Of a stretch of 64,000 nt of DNA, positions 35,364 to 48,152 are shown in pieces; position 1 is the stretch's first letter; the number at the start of each line of letters is the position of its first letter. The notes under the pieces were generated by a model. The model was not told the origin of the DNA, made no database searches, and saw only the letters and a list, made by a program, of their open reading frames with translations. This stretch comes from Vitrella brassicaformis CCMP3155. Taxonomy: Eukaryota > Protista > Chromerida. The stretch lies in NCBI GenBank assembly GCA_001179505.1, contig CDMY01000295.1:310001-374000 (forward strand). The letters are read 5' to 3'. The position numbers and the translations under genes were made by a program.

Positions 35364-38300
35364 ATGAGCGCGGCCGTCGTGATCTTTTCCAAGGACAGGC
35401 CCCTGCAGCTGTGCGGATGCCTCAGCTCCCTCACAACATGCATCCGCGACTCATCCGACGCCCAGATCCATGTCATCTACAAGGCGTCTGACGCGTCGTT
35501 TGCAGCGGCCTATGCTCGACTCGCCGAGAGATGGACCGATGCGCGCGTCCACTGGAGTCGGGAGGCACCTGGATGCGCGATTTCATCGGCCCTGGAGGGG
35601 CTGGAGGCGTCCCATGTGCTGTTCACTGTGGATGACGCGCTCTTCCTGCGGCCGCTGGCGCCCTCTCTTTCACGCTGTGTGGCTCTGCTGGAGGAGAACG
35701 ATGCGCTGCTGAGTGTGTGTTTGCGGCTGAACCCTCGTGTTGAGTATAGCCATCCCGCAGGATCGTTCTTCCCCCCGCCTGTGCTGCATTGGACACGGGA
35801 GAGGGATGCCCTGCTGTTGAGAAGGTGAGAGAGAGATTATGGCCATCTCTTAGCATAGCATGGATCGTATGGCATTGTCATGGGTGTGTATGCGTGATGT
35901 CATCAGGTTGAGGGAGGGCGATTGCAGCGGCGGCTGTGGTGGTGATGCGGGGGGTACGGGTGCTGACGAGTGGTCGATGCCTTTCGACCTCAGCGGCAGC
36001 ATCTACCGCACATCCGACCTCAGAAGGCTATTCACGGTCAGTCAGTCGATCAGGCAGAAATGGTACTGACTGACTGAGCGGGCCACGTCACGTCATGTCT
36101 GCTATGTGGTGTGATGTCATCTCATCTGTTCACCAGTGCATCGAGGAGAGTCCTGTATTGGGTCGCGAGTGGCTCGACCATCCCAATCGACTTGAAGCAG
36201 CTGGTAAGTAACTACCCGAGGCGCGCAGGTCAACACTTCGTATGGATCTCTGTTGTCTGTGTGTCTGTTTTATGCAGGCAACCGTGCCATTCAGGAGCTG
36301 ATGAGTGGTCTGGATCTCAACGCCACTCGCCCCTTCACAGCGGCGCCCACCCAGCCGCTCCTCACACTCATCACGGTCAGCCACCCACTCAGTGAAATGC
36401 CCTCCCTGCAAGGACCACCATCCTCGGTGGACTGTCTGTCTGTTTCGGTGCAGGCAAATCGTGTGCAGGATGTGTACTCGAACGCCATATACGCCGATGC
36501 ACCCCAATGGGACATCCGCTCCCTGCTCGCCACTTTCCACCAGATTGACCGCACCCACACCTCCCACACCGACTTCCTCACGGCTGTCGACGGCTTCTTC
36601 GCGGCCCCGTTCTACACATCGACTTACTGGGACTGCCTCCACACACCCCCGCCACCTCTGTCTGCATCCGCTGCCGTGCCGAGGAGCCCTGACGGGCCTG
36701 AGCCGCTGGTGAGCTGGCTGGTGCCGGCACACAACGCCAAGAAATATGTGGACGAGTGCATCGACAGCATTGGAGGCCAGACGGACATCGGAGCAGGTGA
36801 GTAGTGGGTGAGGGATGATCGAAGGGGCCGTGTGTGTGTCGTGTGCTTGCTTGTTTGGTTCAGGTGTGTATGAGGTGGTGCTTGTCGACGACTGCTCCAC
36901 CGACGGCACACTCGGCCGGCTGCATGCACGGGGGGCAGACGACCCCCGAATACGCGTCGTTTCCACACCCGAAAACCTCGGTCGGTTGGCACGTTATGAA
37001 ACGAATACCTCCTATTTGGTGCGTGGCGCATCGATGCGTCCTTGGTGCTACGTCAGGTGTTGCCGGTGCTCTCAACTACGGCATGTCACGCTGCCGTGGG
37101 ACGTTGGTCGCGCGGCTGGATGCAGACGATGTGGCGGAGCCTCACCGACTCGCCACACAGGTAGGCTAGGCGTACCACCAGAGAGAGAGAGAGAGGGAGA
37201 GGGAGTGTGTGTGTGTCATCCACCCCACCTTCTGCCATATTTTCACTCTCTGTGCAGCTGCGCTACCTCGCCACACATCCATCGGTCGCAGTGCTGGGCA
37301 CAGCCTTCACCACGTTCACCGACCCCCCGACCTCCCATTCCCCTCCCTCTCCCAGCGAAGCCAGCAATGCCATGCCGATGATGCCTCTGGGCGATCGTGT
37401 GTACCGCCCCGCGTGCCACCCCGTTCTGGTGCGGTGGCACATGCTCTTCCGCTGCCCCATCGCACATCCCACTGTGCTCATCAACCGGCCTGTGTGGGAG
37501 GGAGGGAGAGGGAGAGGGTTGGATGGGGAGGGAGGGCTTGATCTGGTGTACCCGACTGACGAGGCGGCGGAGGACCACGCCAGGTGGCTGGGTTTGCCTC
37601 CAGGTGTGGTGGTGTGCAATGTGGGGGACATTTGTGTGCGGCTGCGGCGTCATGGGCGGCAGAGGTCGGCGACGCACCACAAAGAGCTGCAGGAATCGTC
37701 CATCAGGGCTGTGCACAGGTGAGGGTGGGGTGGCCCCCATGCACAGACACGTTCCTGCATCCAAACAGGTGTGCAAAACTGCTGGCGTCTGTTCGTCTGT
37801 GTGTGTGTCTGTGTGTGTGTGTGTGTGTGAAGGTACATGCAGCGTCACGTCGACACGAGTGTCACAGTGGAAGAGGTCCAGGTGCTGTGGAAGCAACGGT
37901 GGGTGCGTCACAGACGTGGATGGACAAAGAGATCCCAAACATGTATGTCATGTGCGTACGACCTCCGCGGCTGTCTGTCTGTCTGTCTGTCTGTCTGCAG
38001 GAGGATTGACGGGTCAACAACTGGCAGACGCATCGACGACCTTCTGAAGGTAGGTGCGCTACGCCATGCAGACGCGCACATGAACCACATTTGCCTCCAT
38101 CTGAGCTGCACATGTCTGTTCACCTGTACGTGTGTGTGCTGTGCAGGCACTCGAGAACCACTTTGTGCAGCTGATCGACGACCTTGCCGGACAGGCACGC
38201 GAAGCCCCTCAGCAGCAGCAGATGGGGAGCGACTGGTGGGCCGACGGCCGCACAGCCGCGCTCAAGCAACACATACACTGCGCGACAGAACGGATCAGGT

Positions 38301-38589
38301 GGGTGGCCCGCATACACGCGCAGCATCGCCTGTGCATGTGTGTGGTGCATTGCGTTGCGTGCAGGGGTGAGATGTGTCTGGTTGAGCTGAGTCAGGGCAA
38401 CATGGAGGGGTCGCTGCCGCTGCTGCTCGAGTGAACACGGGAGGGAGGGAGTATGGGCTGGGCGCGGCGCCCCATCCAATCCACCTCTGCTATGCTATGC
38501 TGTGCTGTTCATGTGCATCTGTCTGTGTCAGGTGGCTGAAGAACCCGTCGAGCCAACAGCAGCTCAAGCGGCTGACAGCTGGCAGTTAG
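35364..38589 (+). CDS. pgtA: Bifunctional cytosolic Skp1 glycosyltransferase PgtA: N-terminal GT74 (alpha-1,2-fucosyltransferase-like) + C-terminal GT2 (beta-1,3-galactosyltransferase-like)
   Basis: GT74 motifs IFSKDRPLQL, LFTVDD, LRLNP..YSHP, WSMPFDLSGSIYR, HPNRLEAAGNR, NRVQDVYSNAIY follow the order I recall for Dictyostelium PgtA. GT2 motifs LVSWLVPAHN, VVLVDDCSTDGT, ARLDADD..PHRLATQL, WHMLFRCPIAHPTV, EDHARWL. No signal peptide. Last exon reconstructed (EWLKNPSSQQQLKRLTAGS*). Confidence 0.85.
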
Positions 38590-38863
38590 TTGATGTGTGT
38601 CGATTCGATGGAGGGCCAGCCAGGCCTGCGTTGGTTGCTGGAGAACTGCTCACTGCTGGCTGCAGTGCAGTGAGTGAGTGTGCCTTGACTTGATGCATCC
38701 ATTCAGGGAGAGAGAGAGAGAGTGTCCGTGCAGTCAGTACATTGACATCTGTGTATGGTATGCGACGTGACTCGACTCGACTTGACTTGCTGCCATCGAT
38801 CAGTAAGGCCTATCTATATTCGCTCTCTGTCTCGTTCTTCCCATCCATCCATCCATCTCTGTC

Positions 38864-39332
38864 TCAATGCGGCGATGCACCGTCCCCCTGGTGCAGCTGC
38901 TGCGTGTCCGCTGCAGTGGTGGCCGTCGCCTCGTCAGGCTTCCCACCACCAGCCTTCTCACCACCACCTTCCTCAATCGTCACTGCCTTCTGCTTCTCAC
39001 CACCAGCACCAACATCACCAGTTTCCTGATCTTCCTGTGTGCCATCCGGTTCTTTGTCATGCTTGGCTGCAGCGGCCTTGGTGCCCCCCACAACGAAGGG
39101 CTGCACGCGAGTTGTGACGTCTGTCTTGAATGCGTCGATGCACTCGACCTGCAGGCAGGAGGCCAGGTCGATGGACATCACACCCACGCGGGAGTTGCGC
39201 AGACGGTGGTCTCGCATTCCTGATTGCATTGCATTGCATAGGCAGATCGCACCGCACCGCATCCATGGATTCGCAAAATGTGACGTCTCTCTCTCTCTCT
39301 CTCTCTCTGACCTCTCTCTCCTCTCTCTCTCT

Positions 39333-39370
<38 letters not shown>

Positions 39371-40844
39371 TGGTGGGGAGGGGGAGGGGTCTAGACACAT
39401 ACCCTGTGAGTTGGGTCGGTGGATGTAGTTCATCATGGCGGCCGACAGGTGTGGCTCCGTCCACCTCGTCTTGACCTCCCGCACACCGTGCCGCGGGCGA
39501 GTCGACGCCACAGACTGCATCCATTGCCATCCAACACGCACACCAACACCACACCACACGTAAGTACCTCTCTCTGTGTCTCCCTCCCTGGGTGAGCAAC
39601 ACACACGGTCTTGCCTTGCCTGTGCGATGGCTTTGGTTCGTTTGCTGAATGTGTATGTGAGAGTTCGGTTTGCGAACTTGAGGTAGGCGCACTTGAAGTT
39701 GATCTCCAGCGTGTAGTGACGCTCAACTGCAGTGCACACGAATCGAATCGGGTGGTATCTCATCTCATGTGTGTGTAGGTATGTTGTGTTGTGCTGTGTG
39801 GTGTGGTGGTTGTCAGACTGAGGTCGAGTATGGCCCTGAAGAGTGCGTCGAGGCCCGACTGCACCACCTGGGGAGGCAGGTAACAACCCGTCGCTATCGG
39901 AATGGGGTTCAAATACCTAGTGCACACACACAGTCACACAATCACACACACACAATCCCCTCTGTCTCCCTCTGTCTGTCTGTCTGTCTGTCTGTCTCCC
40001 TCCCTCCCTCCCTCCCTCCGCCCCTCCCTCTGTCTGACGTCATATATTTCTGCTGCTGGTAGATGGATCCACAGTTGTGTTCTCGCCGGAACTCCTCCTT
40101 GCCAGGAAACCGGTGCAGCACCCCCTTGAGCTTCTCGTCCACATTGAAACACGCACGCGCCTCCAGGCCGTCGGGGCGGAGGTAGGTGGGCATGTCGGCG
40201 TACTGCATGCCGTCAGGGGCGGCCTGCTTGTGGGTGCGGTTGATGGGCTCGATGGCCGAGAGGGTGAACTCGTCTTTGGCCAGGACGCCGGTGCGATTGA
40301 CGCGCACGATGTTCTCAAACATGAAGGTGCCTGCAGTGCCGGGCAGTGCAGTGCAGTGCACAGGGGCAGTGGAGTGAGTGGACATGATGTGTCTATAGGT
40401 CTGCAGTGAGGACACTGAGGACAGACAGCTGTACCGAAGTTGGGGATGTGGACGCTGTTGGCCTTCTCCATATTCTCTATGAGGTAGTCGCAAAACGCTG
40501 ACAGACAGAGAGACGTCACTGCATTGAGTTGCATCTCAGAGTGGAGTGGCGTCTGGATGCCTTCTCACCGTCCCATATGAGCAGCAGCTGGCGGGTCGTG
40601 TCCATCGGCACCAAACCTTGGCTCGTCCGAGCTGCACAGAACAGAACCAACTCAGAGGCAGTCAGTGTCTGCAGTGCCCGCAAATGCCTGTCTTGACGTG
40701 ACGTACGCTGAGGCTCTGTGTGCGGCCCTGGGTAGATGCGTGGGTTGGCCAGCACGAAATTCACCACTCCCCGGACTGCATGGGGCAGACAGAAATGGAG
40801 ACAGGCAACGAGACGGGGTGTGCACCATGCTTCGACGATGGCAT
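38864..40844 (-). CDS. CCDC81: CCDC81-like protein with two HU-like domains
   Basis: Spliced MPSSKHVRGVVNF...LLLIWDAFCDYLIENMEKANSVHIPNFGTFMFE (HU-like domain 1) and QVVQSGLDALFRAILDL...LEINFKCAYLKFANRTLTYTF (HU-like domain 2). Confidence 0.7.
39286..39372. repeat. Compound (TC)n-(TG)n intronic microsatellite (representative of many)
   Basis: About 65 bp interrupted (TC)n followed by (GT)n, inside a CCDC81-like intron. Confidence 0.9.
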
Positions 40845-41057
40845 GGGGCCTGCTTGAGCTCACTCTGAACCGTCGACTGCACTGGGTGGGACTGAATCAT
40901 GGCGGCGACGAAAGCGAGAAGGCAGAAGACTGGGGGCCCCCGGGGGCGGCCCGCCGTCTTGGCGAGGATCGCATCACGACGTGTCCTAGAAGCTTCCTTC
41001 TGCGCACGATATATCAGAGATTTGCATGTAGGTACGGCGGGTGCCTCATGGCCTGCC

Positions 41058-42342
41058 TCATGGCGTCCTGTCGTCCTTGGTGTACACGTACAAGGACCAC
41101 TGTTCATGATACACACACCTCACCCCACTCACTCCGCTCACGCCCCCTCCCTCGCCCACCACCCCTTTCGGCAGCGGCCACAGCAGTGACACCACGCACC
41201 GTAGAGCGGCCGACTCAAACAGAGATGCAAACAGGTCAGTCAGCTGCTCCAAGGCCTCCGGCAACAGATACACAAAGCTGCATTGCATTGCACACGTACA
41301 CACAGATGCGCATGTATGTCATCAGACACGCAAGCAACAAGTGAAGTGCGTTTGCGTGTGTGATGTGCAGATCAGTCGGCCTACATGATGGTGGTTTTCT
41401 TGAGCCTCTCCTCTACAGCTGTATCGAGGAGGTTGCCGACCTCCATCACCACCTCACCAGCCGCGGGAGGCTGGCCCTCAGGCCGCACCGGGACACCAGC
41501 TGCCTTGGCCCTGTCAACCGCTTTGCCGATGAGCGCCTCGTCAAGGTCAATGCCCCAACCTGACGTGCACACACACACACACGCACACACACGTAGGGCT
41601 GAAATCTCACTTGGCCGTTGATGCGATGCGATGTCATGCGATGCGATGCGATATCATTTTGTCCGGACCGGCGCATTTGAATCTTCTGACGCATTCGATG
41701 ACCACTCGGCCATCGCCGCAGCCCAGGTCAGCCACGATGTCGGACGGCTGGACGTCCAGCAGACTCATCAGGCCCTCCAGCTTGGCCTCTGACGTCGCCC
41801 TGCAGACAGACAGACAGACAGACAGGCACAACACACCCATTCATTGATGGCCAGACAGGTGTAGTGTGGTGTCATCGTATGTGTGCTCCTTACTGATATG
41901 GCGAGATGAAGCCCTGAGAGTCCCAACCTGACACAGACAGCGGGAAAGCAGCAAGAGAAACAGACACACATTCGTCCATTCAGCTGGCTGACACGGACCG
42001 GGATTCCATGTCCGTCCGGTCTTCACCGTCTGAGTAGACCTGTTCGAAGCCCAAGTGGACAGAGAACACACACGGAGATGGATGGGCGAATGGTTTAATC
42101 TTCGTCGTCCGTTCCATTTGCTCACTCACCAGGTCAGGTTTGGTGCCCTGGAACGGCATCCAGTTTGCGTCATGATCGCTCTCAGCATCGCCTCCATCTG
42201 GCACAGCACCACCGTCCGGGCCGTCATCTGCGTGATCTCTCTGCAGATTCTCCATCGAGAGCCTTCCTTCGGCAGCCTGAGGTGCGCCAAAACGGTATCG
42301 CGAAACGATCGGATTCATCTTTTGCGAGCTCAATGCATGCAC
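41058..42342 (-). CDS. Class I SAM-dependent methyltransferase (FAM173/Methyltransf_25-like)
   Basis: Motif I IVADLGCGDGRVVIE, post-I GIDLDEALI, then IIFVYLLPEAL and VVSLLWPLP. Start codon uncertain (42255-42342). Confidence 0.8.
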
Positions 42343-42612
42343 GACGTACAGGCCTGGGGTGTCTGTCTATCTCTCTGTACAAACGGCCTCGATCAAGCAG
42401 ATCTCACAGACAGGCACCTTCACACAGAAATAAACCGGACCTAGACCTCATTGCTCGAGCCTAGCCTGACTGTCACCACCACTAAGGCACACGAACGAAC
42501 GAACGAACGAACGAACGGATGGACGGACGGACGAACGAACCACCGCAACCCTCGGGCAGTGCAGTGCAGTGCACACCTGTGGCTTGCCTTGCCACGGCAT
42601 CCATCGATCATT

Positions 42613-45600
42613 TCATTTGGCCTTGAGCCTGAGCTTGGGGCACACATTCATCGACTGCAGCTCCTGTAACACACACACAGAGAGGGAGGCCACCGCACAC
42701 ACGCATGTCAGTCACACGGTGAGATGGCCTGTGTCGGTCCGTTCGTATCCGTCCGTCCGTCCGTCCCTCCCTCCCTCCCTCACCTGGAAGAGCAGTTTGC
42801 AGGCGTAGGGCATTTTGATGGCGGCGACCTTCTCGCCCGACTTGCAGTAGGGACACCAGCCGGCGTAGCCAATCAAACCACACTCTGATCAATTGGATTA
42901 TTTGACGGGATGGGAGGGATGAGCAAGACACACCACACACACAGGTGTGTCTGTGGTGCGGTGCTGTATGGTGTGGTTGTGGTGTGGTGTGGTGCGCACC
43001 TCGGCACACGGACGCCTCGAAGATGTCCGAGCTGATCATGAGGCGCTCCATCAGCAGGTTGGACGCACTGCACACAACACATCACAGCAGAAAGCAAAAG
43101 CACCAGCCAGTGTCAAGATGGATCGGATCGATGTGGCTGGCTGTGGTGTATGTATCAGTCAGTCAGTGTGATTCGATTCGCACCGCACCCGTATGCGACG
43201 AGGCAGTCTCTCTCCATCTCTCCAAGCCGCAAGCCGCCCTCCTTGGAACGACCCTGCACCACACACACACCGCACACAGCCACCCACAGCCAATCAGCCA
43301 CACACACAATTATGTCATGTGTGTCGGTGTCGGTGAGGTGACTGTGTGCTGTGCTGTGCATACTGTTGTGGGTACCTCAGTGGGCTGTCGTGTGAGGATT
43401 TGCCTTGGCCCCCGTCCCCTGGCGTGCATTTTGTCCTGGACCATGTGTTTGAGTTTCTGGTAGTAGACCGGGCCCACGAAGATGTAAGTGCTCAGGGCCT
43501 CCCCGGTCACACCAGAAGTCAAGTACTCCTGTCGGCACACAAGACAGACAAGACGAGACAAGACCACACAGACACACAGACAGACAGACAGACAGACAGA
43601 CAGATCGACCCACACGCAATGCACTGCACGCCGCGATCACTTCCGCGGCAAGATAGAGATCTCACCTTGCCGGAGTATGAGAAGCCGTAGCTGATCAGGA
43701 TCTCACCAATGTCTGACCAAACACACACACACACACACGGACACGTGCAGTGCAGCACAGCCACAGCAAGGACGAAGCGGAGGTTCTGCGCTGCGCACGG
43801 ATTGGACTGCCCGGCGTGGCGTACCGTACCCTTGACAGAAGTGCCTCCGAATGCGGTGCCGTACTTGAACTTGCCGTCGCACAGGGCCGACTTGCCCGCT
43901 ATCAGCTCGATCATCTTGCCCACAGTCATGCGAGAAGGGAAGCCTGGCAGGCACACACAACCACAATTACACACAGAAAGAGAGAGATGGATCCCTGTTC
44001 TGAGTGCAACGGATCGATGGATGGATGGATAGATGGATGGATGGACCGACCATGAGGGTTCATGATGAGGTCGGGGCAGAATCCGGCGTCGTTGAATGGC
44101 ATGTCCTCCTGGTTGACGATCAACCCCACCACGCCCTTCTGCCCGTGACGCGACGAGAACTTGTCACCCAACTCGGGGCGCCGCGTCTGACGCAGAATCA
44201 CCTGCACGATATATGGAATGGGTGGAACGACCGACCGACGGATGCAGGGCAAGGCGCCACACCACACAGACAGACAGACAGACAGATGGGGAGAAGGCCA
44301 TGTGGGTGTGGTGGATGGCTGCGTGCCGTGCCTTGTAGATGGTGGTGTCCTCGTCGTTGGTGGTGAGGATCACACGATCCACATAGGAGGGGACGGTCGT
44401 CTGCATACACAGACACGTAGAGACAGACAGACAGAGAGGAGAGGCACTAATGTGTGGTGTGTGCTTCTGAGTGCGTGTGTGTTGGCAATATATTCAATTC
44501 ACCCTGTATGTGACGGGTGTGGGTTTGAAGTCCTTGGGGTCCACCTTGTTGAGGTCGATCCGCGCCTCACGCGTGTTGGTGGGGGAGTACTGCACGAACC
44601 ACGTCAGACAGACAGACAGACAGACATGACACAACTCTCTCTCGTACTACGAGATGACCTGACTGACCACCAGGATTCGTGTCTGGTCTGCCCGTCATCT
44701 GGGTGTTTCACTGCTGACTGACCTTGTTGATGTAGATCTGCCCGTCTTGTACCTGACAGACACTCACACAATGACAACCAAACAATTGCCAACACTGTGT
44801 CTGTCATGCATGTCTGGCTGCCCTTAAAGCTGCCTATGCATTGCTATCGATCCGACCATTTCTCCGACTCTGCAGACGCCGTCGTCGTCGAGTATGTCGA
44901 ACTTGCGCGGCACACCCGTCGTGCGGGCGTGCTTACGACCGCCAGCCAACTGATATCGGTCACAGAGATTACATAGTCGCATGCAGGTGTCCATGTGTGT
45001 TGCCGTGTGTGTTGTGTTGCCCTCCCTGTGACCGACCATTCTGGACTGTGCCGGCATCTGTGGTGGGGGGAAGACGCGGTCCTGCGTGCCGTTGGAGTAA
45101 CGCGACAACGGAGTGCTGTACCTGCAGGCATCAAGGAATTGACAGACAGCACCACACACCTACCAGAGATGCTCGTGCGTGTGTATGTGTGTGTGTGTGT
45201 CACAGGTACCTACCTTCTGAGAACGTAGCATCGTCCGAATCCCCTGTCGAGGCTGGCACGGTTCATGATGATGGCGTCCTCGATGTCATACGCCTGCATT
45301 GCACGGTATCAGAAACAACACAACATACATAGGTACGCCAGTCTGTCCATGTCTCTCTTCTGTCTGGTGTGGTTGCGGTCCGGTTGGTACCGAGTAGCTC
45401 ATGATGGCGACGCTGGCGTTCTGGCCGGCAGGCAGCTTCTCGAAGTTGATAAGCTCTGCCAACACGCACACACACATGGGTGTGTGTGTGTGGATCTCAC
45501 TGACGTACCTACCGATGGTTTTGGTTTTGCAAAGAGGTTTTTGCGGGTAGACGAGGAGGTAGAGCAGCGTGTCGCACCGTGCGAACTGGTTGGTGGCGAT

Positions 45601-48118
45601 GGCCCCCATGGCCTGCTTGCCCATGGCACACTGGTAGGTGTTGCGCGGACTCTGGTTGTGGTGGGGGTAGGGGATGAGCCCCGACACGACCCCCATGATG
45701 GTCAGCGGGTCAATCTCCAGGTGAGTCGTCTCCCTATGTATGACACACAACCATAACCACACACACGAACATCCACATGTGGTACATAAGACACGGATGC
45801 AGTTCATTTCCTTTCACCACGGCTCTCTCGGCTCACCTACCTCTCGATATCGGTTTCTCTGAGGGCGATGAGCAGGTTGTTCTCCTCATTGACGTCAATC
45901 CACTCCAGTATGCCCTAATCACACCACACCACACCACACCCAACAACACACAGCGATCCACCCAGCCCCACACAGCACAAGCCTTCCCTCTCCCGTACAC
46001 ACCTACCGTCCTGAGGAAGTCGTCAAAGTTCATCTGTCCGTCTCTGAGCATGTCTAGGTGTGTGCCTGTGAGTGTGGGTTTGCCCCTGTCGACGATGATG
46101 AGTGGGCGGCACAGCCGGCCGCCGTCAGAGGCGATGTAAATGGCGCGGTGGGCCTCGTTGTCGTACACCGACACAAACTCCCCGACCTGCAGCATTCGCA
46201 CACACACAGACACACACACACACAGACACACACACGCAGCGCAGAGAGAGACAGAGATTTCTGTCTGTGTGGGGAGGGGGTCCCAGGGGTGAAGGAAGGT
46301 TTGTTACCTTCCTTACCTACCTTGCCCCTTCTCCTGAGTGTCCGTAGGTTCTTCATGAACTGCTTCGGCCGCCGGTGTACGCCCATCAGCAGACCATTCA
46401 GAAACACCAGATACGTCCCTGACCAAGGACAAGGCCAAGACCAACAAACACACCATAAACAAGGAGAACAGATGGATGACCACCTACCTACCCAACATGT
46501 ATCTGTTTGTATGCACCGCCCCCTCCCAACCAAACCTGGCGAGTGCAGTTCTTCCCCCCCGATGGCGCCCGCGTCCTCGACACCGAGCGAGATACACAGC
46601 CGCTGCAGCGGCTGCGCATTCTCGTCCTGCGTCACGTGCGTCATCAAACTGACACAACACAACACAGCACAGCACAACACAACACACATGAGCTCGTTCT
46701 TTGGGTGCCATACTGCTGCGTGGCGTTGTGTGGTGGCGCACCTGAGGTTTTTGACGAGTCCGCATGACTCTCCTTCTGGCGTGTCGCACGGACACAGCAT
46801 GCCCCACTGACTCGGCTGCAGCGCACGGGGACCGGACACCTGTTGGGGGGCGTGCAGACAAACACAGGTAGGTGGAGATAGAGATAGAGAGGGACAGAGG
46901 GACGACTTGGCTGGTCTGCATCGGCGCATTGGTGGGGTGCCTGCTTTCACCTTTCTGGATTTCTCGAACTGAGAGTTGACGCGCGTCATCATGCCCAGAG
47001 CGGCTATGTACGACAAACGAGACAACACCTGCACAACACACACACACACAAGACAGACATACACACACCACTCTCCCTCCCTCCCTCTCCTCAGTTGATC
47101 TCACTCACTTGTGCGACTCCCGTCCGTTCCATTTTGAATCGTTTGATGTTCCAGTTGCCGCTGCTGATGGCGTGCTGCATGCCACGCGTGATGAGGTCCG
47201 TGGGCGGCGAGCGGAAGATGTCGGGCGGCTGGATCGAGTCGCGCGCCTTGCTCGAGGAAGCCAACGACTGGTGGTACTTGGACAACATCTGGTCGGCCTG
47301 ACGCTTGATCTACATGACACACACAGACACAGACACACACACAGACACAGACACAGACACATGGGCGGGGAGGTGCGGTGGGGACATGTCTGTGTGGTGT
47401 GGGTACGTCGCTGTTGAATCGTTTGAAGAGGTCTTCGAACAGGAGTGCGATGAGCTGCCCCGCCAGCTCCAGCCGCTTGTTGCCGTAGTAGTCCTTGTCG
47501 TCCATCAGGGTGCGGTCCACCACCGCGTCTAACACGCGACGCACCATCAGACACAAAAACCTAAGAGAAGAACACACTCAGACATTGACACACCGTTAGC
47601 GAACGCATTTCATTGCGTCGGGAGAGCCTGTTCGTTCTTGTCTGACGTGCTGTGCTGCGCTGCGTACCTGAGCTTTGGTCCGAAGTCGCTGCCGCTAGTC
47701 TCGATGTGCGACAGCACCAACCTGTAGATAAAGATTAGATTGACACACAACGGACGGGACGGATGGCTCTTTAGGCTGGATGGATGGACACATTTGTCTG
47801 TCTACGCACCCACCCCACCGACCTGTGTAGTGCCTCCAGCGCCTCATCCGCCTGCTGCTGGGCCTTGATCAGCGCTGATGACTTCTGATCAAGGGAGGGA
47901 GGGCAACACACATGGGAATGGGAAGTACCGGATTGATTGTTGCTCTCGCCCCACTCACCGCTCCGGCTTGTGTGGCGGACGCGCCAGCAGTGCTACGTTG
48001 GTATGCGGTCCTCTGGCGGTACTTGAGCCGCTGACCCAGGTATATCAACGCCGCATGCTGACTCAACACACCTGATAGATCGGTGGAGGGTGGGATGGAT
48101 GGATGGATGGAGGGATGG

Positions 48119-48152
<34 letters not shown>

